Shown here one piece after another: positions 42,225 through 55,861 of a DNA stretch of 64,000 nucleotides (position 1 is the stretch's first letter; every line of letters starts with the position of its first letter). Both the position numbers and the translations under genes were made by a program. The notes under the pieces are model-generated. The model did not search any database. It had not been told where the DNA came from and saw only the letters and a list, made by a program, of their open reading frames with translations. Source of the stretch: Chrysomallon squamiferum (taxonomy: Eukaryota; Animalia; Mollusca); contig CM022665.1 of assembly GCA_012295275.1 (NCBI GenBank), positions 18,538,001-18,602,000 of the forward strand. The letters run 5' to 3'.

Positions 42225-44709
42225 CTTTGTTTTTCAGTCGGAACAATATATACATCCTTGTTACAGAATGTTGATAATTTGTTTTTCCAGTGCTTTTTTG
42301 TTTTTTGTTGGGTTTTTTATGTTTTGTTTTGTAATGTGTTACTGTAACATCAGAGACCAACATTTAATGTCCGGTTACACCATGATGTTGTGTGCAAAGA
42401 ATTCATTTATAGAACACAAAACAGACAATGAAAAATCTTATTCTGCCACAATTTTTTTTTAAATTTTTTATAATGAGTGTCTGGAATAAGGAAAGAGTGA
42501 GAAAAGAAAAGAAAAAAAAGAAGAGCTCCAAGAAAATAAATGAGACTTTTTTTTTTTTACTTTAATTTTTTTCTTTTGTTTTCTTTTTGCAATTTTTCAC
42601 ACTTTGATTTTCTGAGAATGAAAAGTATTGCCTCAAAAAACAAAACAACAACCAAATAAATAAATAAATAAATAAAAATAAAACAAAACCTAGTGACTAA
42701 ACCAAAAGAACCCCAAACAAAACAACAACAACAACAAAAAGACATGCCACTGATTGACTGTAATATATTAAATGATTCCAGAAACTACAGATACCATTCT
42801 CTAACATGTTTCATCTCACAGCAAAATTAATTTGGCTGTTGCATGATACATCTATAACTAGACACATGTGGTGTAATCAGGTACTTTTGATCACTACCAG
42901 AGACTGATAATTTGATGTTTTAATTTAATCACTGTTTGATATAACCCGATATATCTGCAGTGTGTGGGCACATGTTCTTTCAGGTAAGCACAGATATTTG
43001 AACTTAGTTGGTGAAAATATTTAAAATCCTAAACCAGGTCTTGAGACTGTTGTAATACTGCAGTGCATTACTTCATCTTATATTATTATAATGTTATTAT
43101 TATTGTTGTTGTTATCTTCATTCTCATCCTTATTATTGTTGTTATTATTATTGTTATTATTTTATCATTACTATTACTATTATATTACTATTAACTATGA
43201 ATATTATTATTATTATTATTATTACAACTACTACTATTTCTGATATTGATACCTCGTCTGTCTGTTACTAACATTGCTTCTGCCATTACTAATACTAGGT
43301 ATTATTATTATCATTATTATTATTACAGTTTTATTATCATCATATTTATTATTACTGTTATTATTGTCATTATTACTAGCTGTTACTCATTATTATATTA
43401 TTATTATAACAATAGATCCTGAAAAAACAACAAAAAAAAACCATAAAAACTAAAATACATTAAAGTGATGAATCAAAAAAGTCAAGACTCAAAAATTAAA
43501 TTCTGGATCAAAGACTGTTGAATATATATTATGTCATCAATTGGTAATATTAACATTGAAATATGCTGATACATGCAATATTTTATCATTAAATATAAAT
43601 ATTTCATACTTTCTAATATTTCATCTTTCTGGAATATGTATTTCTCTGTATAAAATAATGATGCAACAATATTATTTGTGCAGCTAATAAATATAATAAA
43701 AATGAAAAATAAAATCGAGTACATTGACTATATGACTACAGTTTTATCTTTCTATATCTGTCTCTTATAACAATAATAATGATAATAAAAATAACATAAC
43801 AACAACAACAACAATAATAATAATAGATATTATAATAATGACAGTAATTAATAATGATGATAATAATAATAATAATAATAATAGATATAACAATATTAAA
43901 TAACAAATAAATATTAATAATAATAATAACAACAAACAAAGCAAACAACAAAAACTCCTACAACTTCATGATCATCTATTGATAATATTAAAGTATGTTG
44001 ACATTCTTTCATTTTTACTTTTTAAAAATAAACAAACTGAATAAGCAGGAACCAGTTAAGTCAAATATTTTGAATGATGGAACTGTAGATGTTAACAATT
44101 GCCCTCTTGTCACACTTAAAGTTTGTCTGAAGAGGTCATTAGTTAGTGTCAGATTTTCTTTTTCACCTGACACTTAACTCTTTATATCCACTACAGTTAC
44201 TGTTACCACCATATGCTTAACACAGGTAGTGTGCCAGGTGGTGAGTTTTGTTACTGTAATGTTATTTTTATTTGAGTTAGATCAGCCTTTTTTATTTAGT
44301 TTGTGTGTGTGTGTGCGTGTGTTTGTGTGTGTGAAAGAGAGAGAGAAATACATATATATAAAGAAAGAGAGAGACTGAGAGAAAGAGTAAAAGTGAGGGA
44401 AAGTGAAGGTGAGAGAGCGAGAGAAAGAGACAGTGAAGGAGAAAGTGAGAATGAAATTGAGAGAGACAGAGACACATAGACTGAGAGACAGAGAAAACGA
44501 GTTTGACAGTGTTAAAGGGCATGTAACAAAGAGGCTAAAAGACAAATTTAATCTTTACATAATATGTGTTATGAAAAAAATTATATTTGTATCATGTTGG
44601 TTTTCATACTTCTTTAGACAATAAATATATTATTTTTGTTGATTTTAATTACCAAATTACTTTCATGTTGGAATATACTGTAACCTAATATACAGAATTT
44701 TATTATCTT

Positions 44710-44740
<31 letters not shown>

Positions 44741-45599
44741 TCGGTTTTCTTTGAACAATGTCCTCAGGGTATTCATGTAATATTTTCCAGTCTAAAAGTA
44801 TTGAGAAATAGAGAGAGAGAATCAAATAATTTTTATTAATTTTTGTTAAATTATTGAAGCCAGTAATATTTAGTAAATTAATTTGAGACTAATACCCTGC
44901 ATCATGTGTTTAACTAGAGTTTGACTATAACCTGACTTTGTGCTTGTTACAATTAAGTGGATGGATTATCAACCACAGAGTTAAGCATCAAACAGGGATG
45001 ATATCTGCCTTACACAGGATGCTGCCAGGTTGTAGGTTTGTGATAGTTAATGGCTAACATATAAAAAAAAAAAAAAAAAAAATTATTTTCTATTAAAATA
45101 AAATTGTGAGGCATTGGGCGGCCATACATCCCAGTTGCTTGTAGCATATCAGCATTTAATGGTTAAAAAAAAAAATTATCAAAAAAAAAGCAAGGAAAAA
45201 AAGCAGACTGCATATTTTGAAAATAAGCTACAGTATTTCTAAATAATAAAGTCTGGTCACCAGACTGTATATTTCAAAAGCTAAAACATTTCTAAATAGT
45301 GGTGTCTAGTAAGTGAAAATTTCAGTTGCTAATCATGGCCAGTGAAATGTTAAAAATAATAATAATAATAATAATAATAAGCTGAAGAATTTGTAAATAG
45401 CAGTAGCTTGTCTAGACTTGCTAAAATAATAATAATAATAAATAAATAAATAAATAAATAAAAGTCTTTTAACCAGGATTGTCTAAGCAATGGAAGTTTG
45501 ATAATAAGCTGTTTGTTATCAAGACAGAGGTATTAGGTTCAGTTTAATAATTCAGTTTGGATTAAAAAAAGAAAAGGTTTTTAAGTTCTTCTCATTTTT

Positions 45600-45638
<39 letters not shown>

Positions 45639-46631
45639 TTTCTTTATGATCTGATATCTGTTCATGATTTCTGGGTTTTTAATATTATCATTTTTATTGA
45701 TTTATTATTTATTTGTTTATTATTATTATTTTTATTTACTGTTATTTATTATTTTTTTTTTTTTTTTTTTTTTCAATTTTATCTAATTGTTTTGTATCTA
45801 TCTTATTTTTAGTTGTATATATATTTTTTTAGTGTGAGGCATTATGCAAATATCTCTCTTCAAGTATAACTGCTTGTTCTTACACAGCTATGGAAATTCT
45901 CTACAGTTAGGAGTGAAAAATTTAGTTGCTACTGATGTTCAATCTTTACTGGTAATAAATTATAACAGTAATATAACATCTGCATAGAGATTCATGTATT
46001 CTTTTTTTTTCTGTATTACTAATAACATCTTACAAAGAAAACTAATCTGGAAAAATAAAATTCACATGCATGTGCACACATACACATATTCACACACACA
46101 AATATATATAAAATGGTAAAGAAAGTTATGATGAAAATGTAATATGCATTAGCATGTTTTTATTATTATTATTATTTATTTTAATTTTTTTTTTTTTTTT
46201 TTTCATTTTAATACATGTTTTATTTTCTTACATTATACTTAATTTAAACATCTTTAATGATAAAGGATTTCTGCAGCTATTAAACAGTGAATGTACATTT
46301 ATTTTATAAAAAAGAAGAAGAGAAAAAGCTTTTGCTTTCTAGTCATATTTTTCTAAATCCTAGGTTTTTCCAGTGCACACATGTAATCCAAAGACTGTTT
46401 CATGACTTTCATCACATTCACACCATAGTGTTATCAGCTGAACACACAAACATCAACGTGATATTTCTGTCTCTCTTTTTATTCAGGACCAGCAGTTAAC
46501 CATGACCTTCGGACAAGGTCATCAGGGGGCAGCAGTGGGGGCAGTAACCATAGTGACATCATCAACCAGCTGGGCGAAGGGTCAGATGTCAAACACTTTC
46601 TTTCAGCAGAGGTCAGTTTTTGTGTCCATCT

Positions 46632-46684
<53 letters not shown>

Positions 46685-47094
46685 GTGTGTGTGTGGCATG
46701 ATAATCTTATCATTACACTCTTTAGTCTGCCTGTTTGCTTCTGCCAACCAACACACTTATTGGCTTTGGGTAATCATGTAACCAAGCAGTGTTGCTTGTG
46801 TTTACTCTGTGCTTCTCTTCACATCTCTTTCTTTCTCTCTCCTCTCATCTTGCTCACCACCATGGGCTCAAACATTTAATTTAAGATATTATACAGTTTA
46901 AAAAACTTTAAAAAAAAAAAAAAAAAAAAAAAAATCAGACCCTTTCTCATTTCTAAGTAAACACATGTGCAGAAAGCAGCCTGCCAGATTTCAGGTAAAT
47001 ATATGTTTTGATTGATTTTTTAGAATTTTCTTTCATTTTAGTATTTGGTTTTGAAATTTATCCATCATTTTGTTTTTTCTTTCTTTTTAATATT

Positions 47095-47162
<68 letters not shown>

Positions 47163-47489
47163 CTATTTGTTTTTGATATTTAACAATCAGTTTGTTTTTA
47201 TTTTTATTGTTGTTGTTGTTGTTATTATTATTGGTATTGATTTGTTTTAAATTTTGCTCTGAAATTAGTTAATCTGACCCCTTTACTGCTATGAGTCTGT
47301 TCTTGGGTAATCTTAAAATACACATATAGTGTTTTTCTAATTTACATAGAATAAAACACATCAGATCTTTTTACTTGAAAAATTATTATGTGTAAACTAA
47401 CTTGAAAATAAATAATAAAAAGAGATGTTGATAATCATAATTTTGAAATAATAATAATAACAGTAGTAATAGTAGTAATAATAATAAAA

Positions 47490-47549
<60 letters not shown>

Positions 47550-48783
47550 GTAATAATAAATAAAAAAAAAGAATTATAATGACATAATAAGCATATTATT
47601 TTAATAGGTTTCATTTTATTTTTAAGAAAGAAACTGATAAATATTAATGCTGCTGCTGCTGTTGCTGCTGTTACTACTATGACAACTATTGTGAATAATA
47701 AAAAAACAAAAACAACAGAAGATGTAGTAACAAACAGAATACATCATACATTACCCAGATACATATCTATGCAGTTGTTTACAGAAATTATCTGTCTTTT
47801 TTTTTTTCTGTCTGTCTTTCTTTTATTTCTTTTTTTTTTCATCTTTTGTTTTCTTGTCATACACTCTCCTACATTCTGTCAGCTTTTATTATTATTATTA
47901 TCATTATTGTTATTATTATTATTATTTTTTTTTAATTCACATATATTTCTTATAATTCTTTCTGTTTTCATTACTGGAAAACATATTACAACAAACAGTT
48001 AAAAACAATACTTAGCTCAGAAATGTGTTGTAATATATATATCTATATCCTGTTTTTTTGGATAAAACTGTTACTTTTCTTGTTTGGTTCAAGAATAGAT
48101 GGCTTGTTCTTAGGAGATATCTTACTCAGGTTTAAAAAGAAAGAACAAAAAAGAAAAAAAGAAGATATAAAGAGAAAGAAATAGATAAATATTTTTAAAG
48201 AAATATTCATAATGTGAACTGAGAAATAATTATGATGTGAACTGAGAAATAATTATGATGATATGAACTGAGATATTGTTTAAAAATATTCATGATGGTG
48301 TGATTTGAAGTATTGTCAAAAATATATTCATGATATTTTGAACTGGGAAATATTCATGATGTGAATTGAGAAATAATTATGATGTTGTGAACTGAAGTAT
48401 TTTTGCAGAAATAATTATGATGCGGTGAGTGAACTGAGAAATACTGACAATGTGAACTGAGGTGTTTTTAAACAAATATTTATGATTTTGTGAACTGAAG
48501 TATTGTTAAACAAATATTCACCATGTTGTGAACTGCTAAGCAAATATTTATGACATGTGAATTGTTTTTCTTGCAGCATTCAGATGCAGAAGAGACTGAG
48601 ACTGATGGATGTTTAGACACGATGACAGAATCCGAATCACAACTCTCCTACGTTAGACAGGTTGGAGCCATCAGGAAAGCTGGGTTTGTACTTTAATAAT
48701 TCGTCTTAGTAAATAATCATGTTGTGTGGTGGTGGTGTTGTTTTTATATTATTGTTATTGTTATTATCATCATCATTCTATTA

Positions 48784-48817
<34 letters not shown>

Positions 48818-51404
48818 CATCATCACTGTTATTATTATTACTATTCTTATTATTTTCTTCTTCTTATTATTATTATTATTATTTATTATTTTTATTATTA
48901 TTATTATTAACTTGTTATTATTTTATTATTATTGTTGTTGTTTTTGTTGTTCCTATTACTTTTCTTCTTATTGTTATTATTATCTATTAGAATAAAGAAT
49001 AGAAACATAGAAACATTGAAAATATTTCTTTTAACAACAGCCAAGAAGAAAAAAAAAGCTACAACAAATAGTAACATAGCATATATTTTAGTAGAGATAT
49101 TTTCATATAAAGCACATTGATTTGGATTTTTTCCATTGGTTAGTGGAAGTCAGACACTTGCAAATTATTTTATAAATTCTTTTTGAGAACGTGTGTCTTA
49201 TTCACCAAATTCTTTAGCTGTTTTCAAGTTTACTGTTTTGGAAGTTACTAAATACACACACACATAGATATATTTACTGTAACTTTGTGAGTGTTACTGA
49301 TATATATACATCAATAACACTCAAATTTACAGTTAAATGTGACTAATTTGAGGTAGGCCATTCAGACACTGATGGATTTTAACAATATATATCCCTGTGT
49401 AATCCTTACTCATATCTCATTTCTTTGTGCCCAGACCACTCTGTTTCTCAGCTCTTTAACAGGCAACTTACCCATGTAGATAATTTGTGTCTTGCCATTG
49501 TGACATCATTTGGAAGAATGATCATTCAGCAGAAGCCTGGGAATTTATCCATTCATTACATTTTGTCTTGCGATTGTGACATTGTTTTGAAGATTGATCA
49601 TTCAGCAAAAGGCTGGAAATTTATCCTATTGTAAATTTTGTTTTGTATGCTAACATGGTTTTGAATATTGGATTATTTGAAAAGAATTCAGCAAAAGTCT
49701 TGGAATTTATCCTATCATTAAGTTTTGTTTTGCACAGTTAATTCAAAAGTCTTGGAATTTATCCTATCATTAAGTTTTGTTTTGCACAGTTACATGGTTT
49801 TGAGGATTTGATTACTGCAAAGAATTCAGCAGTGGTTTGGAATGTATCCTGCTATTTTCTCTTTCCATGTGCTGTGACATGGTTTTGACATGGTCACTGA
49901 ATATAATTCAGCAAAAGCTGGGAATTTATCTTGCCTTGTAATATGACACAGAATTCAGCAAAAGGCAAAGAATGTATCCTATCAGAATTAAAAATTAATC
50001 ACAGCATCACTACCCTTGCCAGTGATAAGTGATATTCTGTTTGTAATTCTATTTGTACTACAAGCCACTGTTAATAATAGAAACTGTTATGCACTTAGGA
50101 ATGTGTTGAACTACACCAGTGTATATCAGTGGTGATTCTTTTCTCTTTCTTTTTCTGTTTTTCTTTTTTTTACCCATTATTTTATTTCTGATGCTAAATG
50201 TTGCAAGATTCTAAAAACTATTTTGTTATTGTTATTGTTATTATTATTACTGTTTTTACAGTTATGATAACATTTTTGTGCCCATTATGAATTATTATTA
50301 ATTTTTTATTAAACAATTAATATGAACTGAAGATATATGTATAATAATATGTTGTTTTATTTCATTTTTATTTTTATTTATTTTTATTGTTTTTTATTTT
50401 GTCTTTAGTTTAATATAATTTATTTTAATTTAATCTTATTTTAATTTATTTTGATCCTTTTTAATTTTTTTCTTTTCTTTTCTTTTCTTTTTCGTTTATT
50501 TTTACAATTGTTTATTTTCATTTTCATGTAATTTTATTTTATTTTTAATTTTAATCTTATGTTTATTTTATTTTAGTTTTGTATTTTTTTATTTATTTAT
50601 TTATTTATTTATTATTTTGATTTAGTTATTTATTATAATTATTATTATTTTTTTTTTTTTAAGTATCTGGTTTTAACAGTGAATATTTAGTAAAGATAAG
50701 ATTATTTTAACTTCAGATGGCTGGTTGTGAAGAACTGGCTAGTTCACAAGAAGAGGAAGATTGAGTTGGCTCCAAGAAGAAACTGGAAGCGATACTGGGT
50801 GTGTCTCAAAGGAACCACCCTCCTTTTTTTTGACTGTGATGACGAAAGTGCCATCACCCAGAACAGTGTACCTAGACACATACTGGGTAACTTCACTTAA
50901 CTAGCTACTTTATACTAGTATCTTTAAGTTTGAATTCTACATTATATTAGTATGTTAAGTTTTAGTTCTACTTTACACTAATATTTTAAAGCAGTTTAGA
51001 TAGTGCAATAAGAGGTATGAGATTTGTAATGTTAAAGTTTTATTTTTCTGTATGAAAGACAAATGTATAAATAGTGATAGTGCGAAAAAGTGAAAGATTG
51101 AGAGTTACAGTGAGAGAGACAGGCAGAAAGACAAACAGAGACAGAAAGGTAGAATGAAACAGAAATGAAGAGAGTGATAGAGAGAGCTGGAGAGAGGGGT
51201 AGAGAGTGAGAGATGGATAGACTGAGAGATACAGTGATAGTGATAATGAGAAAGAGTGTGGAAGGTATTGAGGGAGAGACAGAAAGACAAACTGAAAGAG
51301 ACAGAATAGATAGAGACAGAAAGAGACAGGCAGAGAGAGACATTGAAAAAGAGGTAGAGTGAAAGACAGAGAGAGTCATAGACACAGACTGAAAAAAGAT
51401 GTTG

Positions 51405-51500
<96 letters not shown>

Positions 51501-54500
51501 GAACAAGTGTGCAAACATATAAGATGTTATAAAAGAACTGACACAACTATAATTTCTGTAATTTGCACAAGATTAAACATTTTGAAATATTTTAAAATAT
51601 TTTATTTACTTTAACACATTTTGTGCAGTCTGACTATGAAATAATAGGATATTTGATAAAGTATTTTTATTTTTTATTTTTTATTTCAGTTATTGAAGGA
51701 GGGATAGCCCAGGCTGTACCAGAACATCCTAAACGAGATAACATTTTCTCTCTGAGCACTGCTTGTGGGGATGCTTACCTATTTCAGGTCAGTAGTACAT
51801 TCAAGTAAATATTTATGTAGACTGTGGTAAGCTAATGGTGAGAATTAGTCCCTGCAAAATCTCGGTCCTTCTTGATGTGTGTGTTGTGTGTATATTTTTA
51901 TGGGTGGTTGTGTGTATGTTTATATATTCTTATTACATTTCTGAAACAGAGCAGTTTTAAATCAAAAGTCTCCCTTTTGAAAGTAAAATATTGGGGTTGT
52001 TGTATAAGTAATGATTTATTCAGTAATTTCCTTATATAGAGAGACCCAAAGTCTTAATAAAAATTTAAAGTTACATTTAAAAATTTACTTTCATCTTGTT
52101 AAAAACAAACATTTTTCTGGGGGTTTTTAGGCTTCATTTCAGATAAAATGTTTTAAATATTGTTTAATATAAAGTAATTAAATCTTTCAGGCTTCATCTC
52201 AGAATGATTTAGAAAACTGGATCCGTGCTATACACTCAGCATGTGCATCTTCCTATGCTAGGCAGCATGGGAAGGATAACACACTCAAGCTGCTGAAAAG
52301 TGAACTGGAAAAACTTGAAGCAAATATTGATACAGTAAGACAGTAAATTACTGAAATTTAAATCATCAGTTGAAATTAATCTTTATTTATAATTACTTAA
52401 CTACTGAAATAAATCTTCTTCATTTAATTTAGAAATTTAAATCATCAACCAAAATAAATCTTTGTTATTTAGAACTATTTAATTTAGAAATTTAAATCAG
52501 CAATCAAACTGAACTTTCCTTATTTATACCTACTTAATTTCTGACATCTAGATCATCCACTGAAATAAATCTTTCCTTATTTATAACTAATTAATTACTG
52601 AAATTTAAATCAACAGCAAAAATATTTTGTTTGCATGTGTTTATATGTTTATGTATTCATGTGTTTATGTGTATGATAAGGAAACTGTGTGTATATATAT
52701 ATGTTAAAGTTTCTTACGCAACCCAATTTTAAATAAAAAGTAAAACAAATTGCTTGCTCAACTATCCTTCAAAAGTATTAAAATTATTTACTATATTAAA
52801 ATAAAAATAAATTTTCTTCAATATCAGGATGTAAAGATGAGGAAGATGGCTGAACTTCAGATGACTGTAGTTTCTGATCCCAAAAGCCGTCAAGCCATTG
52901 TGAAACAGATAGCCCAGTGGGAGGAGAATCTAGAAAAACTCTACGTTGACCAGTATCGCTTCCGATGTTACATCGCTTCGCTGCTTGGTACTGAGTTGAC
53001 AAACCCAAAGGTAGGAAGTCATGGATTACTGGTTCTTTAATTAATTTCAGAACTGTCTGCATTCATTTTCAGAAATGTTTTTATTCAGTATTAAAACTGT
53101 CTTTATCTATTTTCTGAAAAGCCTATTTAATTTCAGAACCATCTTGATTTAACTATCATTATTCAGTTTCTGAAGTTTACTTGATTCACTAGTTCTTTAT
53201 TTAATTTCAGAACTGCCTTTATTTAATTTTAGAAAAGTCTTTATTCCAACTCAGAACTTTTGATTTAATTTCAGAAATGTCTTTATTTGATTTCAGAGCT
53301 GCATGTAGTTCATTGTATCTGTTGTTCAGTTTCACACTCCAGCCTGTACCCCCACTTTGCATCAAAGATAGAGAACTGCTTTTCCCTCTACCAGAAAGTT
53401 CATTTAAAAGACTCTTTGCTAAATAATAAAAATCTACTATTCTCTGAAGACCAAAATACCAATTTAATACCCAATGGCCCACTTTTGGCTATCAAAGATG
53501 CATAAGTGCTTTGCTGTCAAACAACATTTATTTAAGACTCTTTTTTAAATAACGAAAACACTGTAGATTTTCTCCAAAGACCAAGACACCAGTTTAATAC
53601 CAGAAGCCAAACATCAAACAGTCAATGATAACTAAAATGTATCTCTTTTTTTTTAGTGCCACAGATAGAATATTTATATGTAATTTGTTCATTATTTATA
53701 TAATTTTATTTTGGATCCTTGATAGAATATCTATATGTAATTTAATTTCACCATAAACTGCATGATTTCATTAAATAAATATAAAACTATTAAAACTCAG
53801 TTGAATGTCATTTACTTCTGCTGTTGTATTAAAAAATAATTCTAGCCTAGAAAAAAAGAAGGACAAATTATCTGAAAGAGGTACAGTGACATTAGATATG
53901 ACTGCTTAAAAGCCAGGCTATCAGTAAATGTTTGTATATGACAAAACTGAAATTATAAATACAGGCACTTAAAGGCTAACTTCTGTTCCTATGACAAGGT
54001 CATTAAACAGATTGGTTGATAAAGAAGAAGTTGCCTCTTAACCATTTCAAACATACTATACTAGTAGTTGGTTTGAGTCAGTCAACCATCTTTTGATATT
54101 ATTTTAATGTCACCTTTGCACTATTTATAACATTTTTAGTATATATTTAAATATATGCAGTTGTATACTGTATATTGTAATAAAAAGAATATAGGAAATT
54201 GGCTACAATATACTTTATTTAGGTTGCTATAAATACAGGTAGTTGTTTTTATTCGGAATAAAGAAAAAGTTTAAAGGAAACTCCAACTTTATTTTAATTT
54301 GCATAACTGTAACATAAAAATACAATCCAAGACAATGATATCATGTACAACTGGGTTCACAATAAAGTACAAATTTATAGATGAAATATGTAGAATGGGG
54401 ATTGTAATCACTAGTACTTTAGGATGCACAATAAATACAGATTAATAGATGAAATGTCCTGGAGGCTGCAAACCCTAGTGTAGTGAATAACATTTTGTAC

Positions 54501-55827
54501 TATGGGAAGCAGAATAAAGTACAAATATACAGACAAAATATGTTGTACTGAAGATTGTAATCCCTAGACTGGTTGAAAATCTGTTTGTAAGTCTGTGTGG
54601 TCTTTAAAATACCAATTTATAGTTGAAATATGTTGTAATGGAAATATAGTACTGTAGTACAGTTAATCCTGACTGACTGCAAAAACAAGACTGAGAATGG
54701 GAAATGCAAAATAGGAAGCTTGATGCTGAGACACTGCACTGTCATTTTTTTCCATGAGCGACATTTTGGTAACTGCATAAAATACCAACTTTTAGTAAAG
54801 CTGTTTGAAAGTCTGCATGGTCAGTTTATAGTTGAAATATTAGTCTTAGAGATTGTGAACGTTGGCTTAATGAATAAAGACTGTCCACAGGAACAAGACT
54901 GAGAAAGGATAATGCCATTTTTTCCATGACAAAAGTTCTCATAACAGTATAAAATACCTACTGGTCTGAGAGCTGATTATAAGTCTAAGTGGTCATTAAA
55001 GATGTAGCTTTATAATTGAGGAGCATCTGAATATAATAAATGTGTATTAAAAGATATTATATTTTAATTTCTAGGTATTGCTTGCCAATGCCTCCAAACT
55101 GACCAAGACAACTCTGGGTCGACTAGGAATCTTCACAGTGACATCTTTCCATGCTCTGGTGTGTGCCCGAAAACCATTACTACTTCCAAGTATCTATGGC
55201 AGGGGCTCTCAGAAGGGGGGCATGTTGTCACCCAAATCTGAAGTGGCACACAAGCCACGGTCAAGGACTCCTACGGCTTTAATGGATTCCACTGTCAACA
55301 CAGAGTAAGAAAAAAAATAGTTATATATATATAAAAATTGCATTATAAAATTTGATAATAAATTAACATTAATATGTTTGCAAAGTATTTATATAAAATA
55401 TTTTTTAAATGACTTACATTTAAATTTAGATAATCAAATTCTATTTTTTAAAATTAGTTTGGAATATAAATTAAGTGTGTAAATTAAATATGTTTGAAAA
55501 TGACTTACATAAAATATAGTAGAAAATGATTTACGTAAAATATATTAAATAAATACTTGTATAAAATATATTTGAAAATTAGTTACATAAAATATATTAC
55601 AAAATGAGTTACATAAAATATATTTCAAAATTACATAAAATATATTATAAAATTACTTAAATAAAATATATTACAAAATTACTTACACAAAATATATTTC
55701 AAAATTACATAAAATATATTTGAAAATTAACTAGTTTTTCATTAAATAATGTCTTCAAATTAATAAAAATTAGAAAATACTGGTATGAACTGATACTGAA
55801 ATGAACAATTTGATTTATTATTATTAC

Positions 55828-55861
<34 letters not shown>

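Noticed and set aside
42961-42990. Strong donor CAG|gtaagc preceded by ATG TTC TTT CAG (MFFQ)
   Set aside because: Phase 0 does not fit the next exon (exon 6, phase 1), and the possible 23-nt internal exon would frameshift. No other support.
21698-46486. Possible nested gene or autonomous transposon in the 25-kb intron
   Set aside because: I could not see a transposase or reverse-transcriptase ORF, or any coherent exon chain, on either strand.
46502-46879. 125-aa [12 protein letters not shown]...
   Set aside because: It is the wrong frame of exon 6 and continues into a (TG)n repeat. The phase-consistent frame reads GPAVNHDLR...
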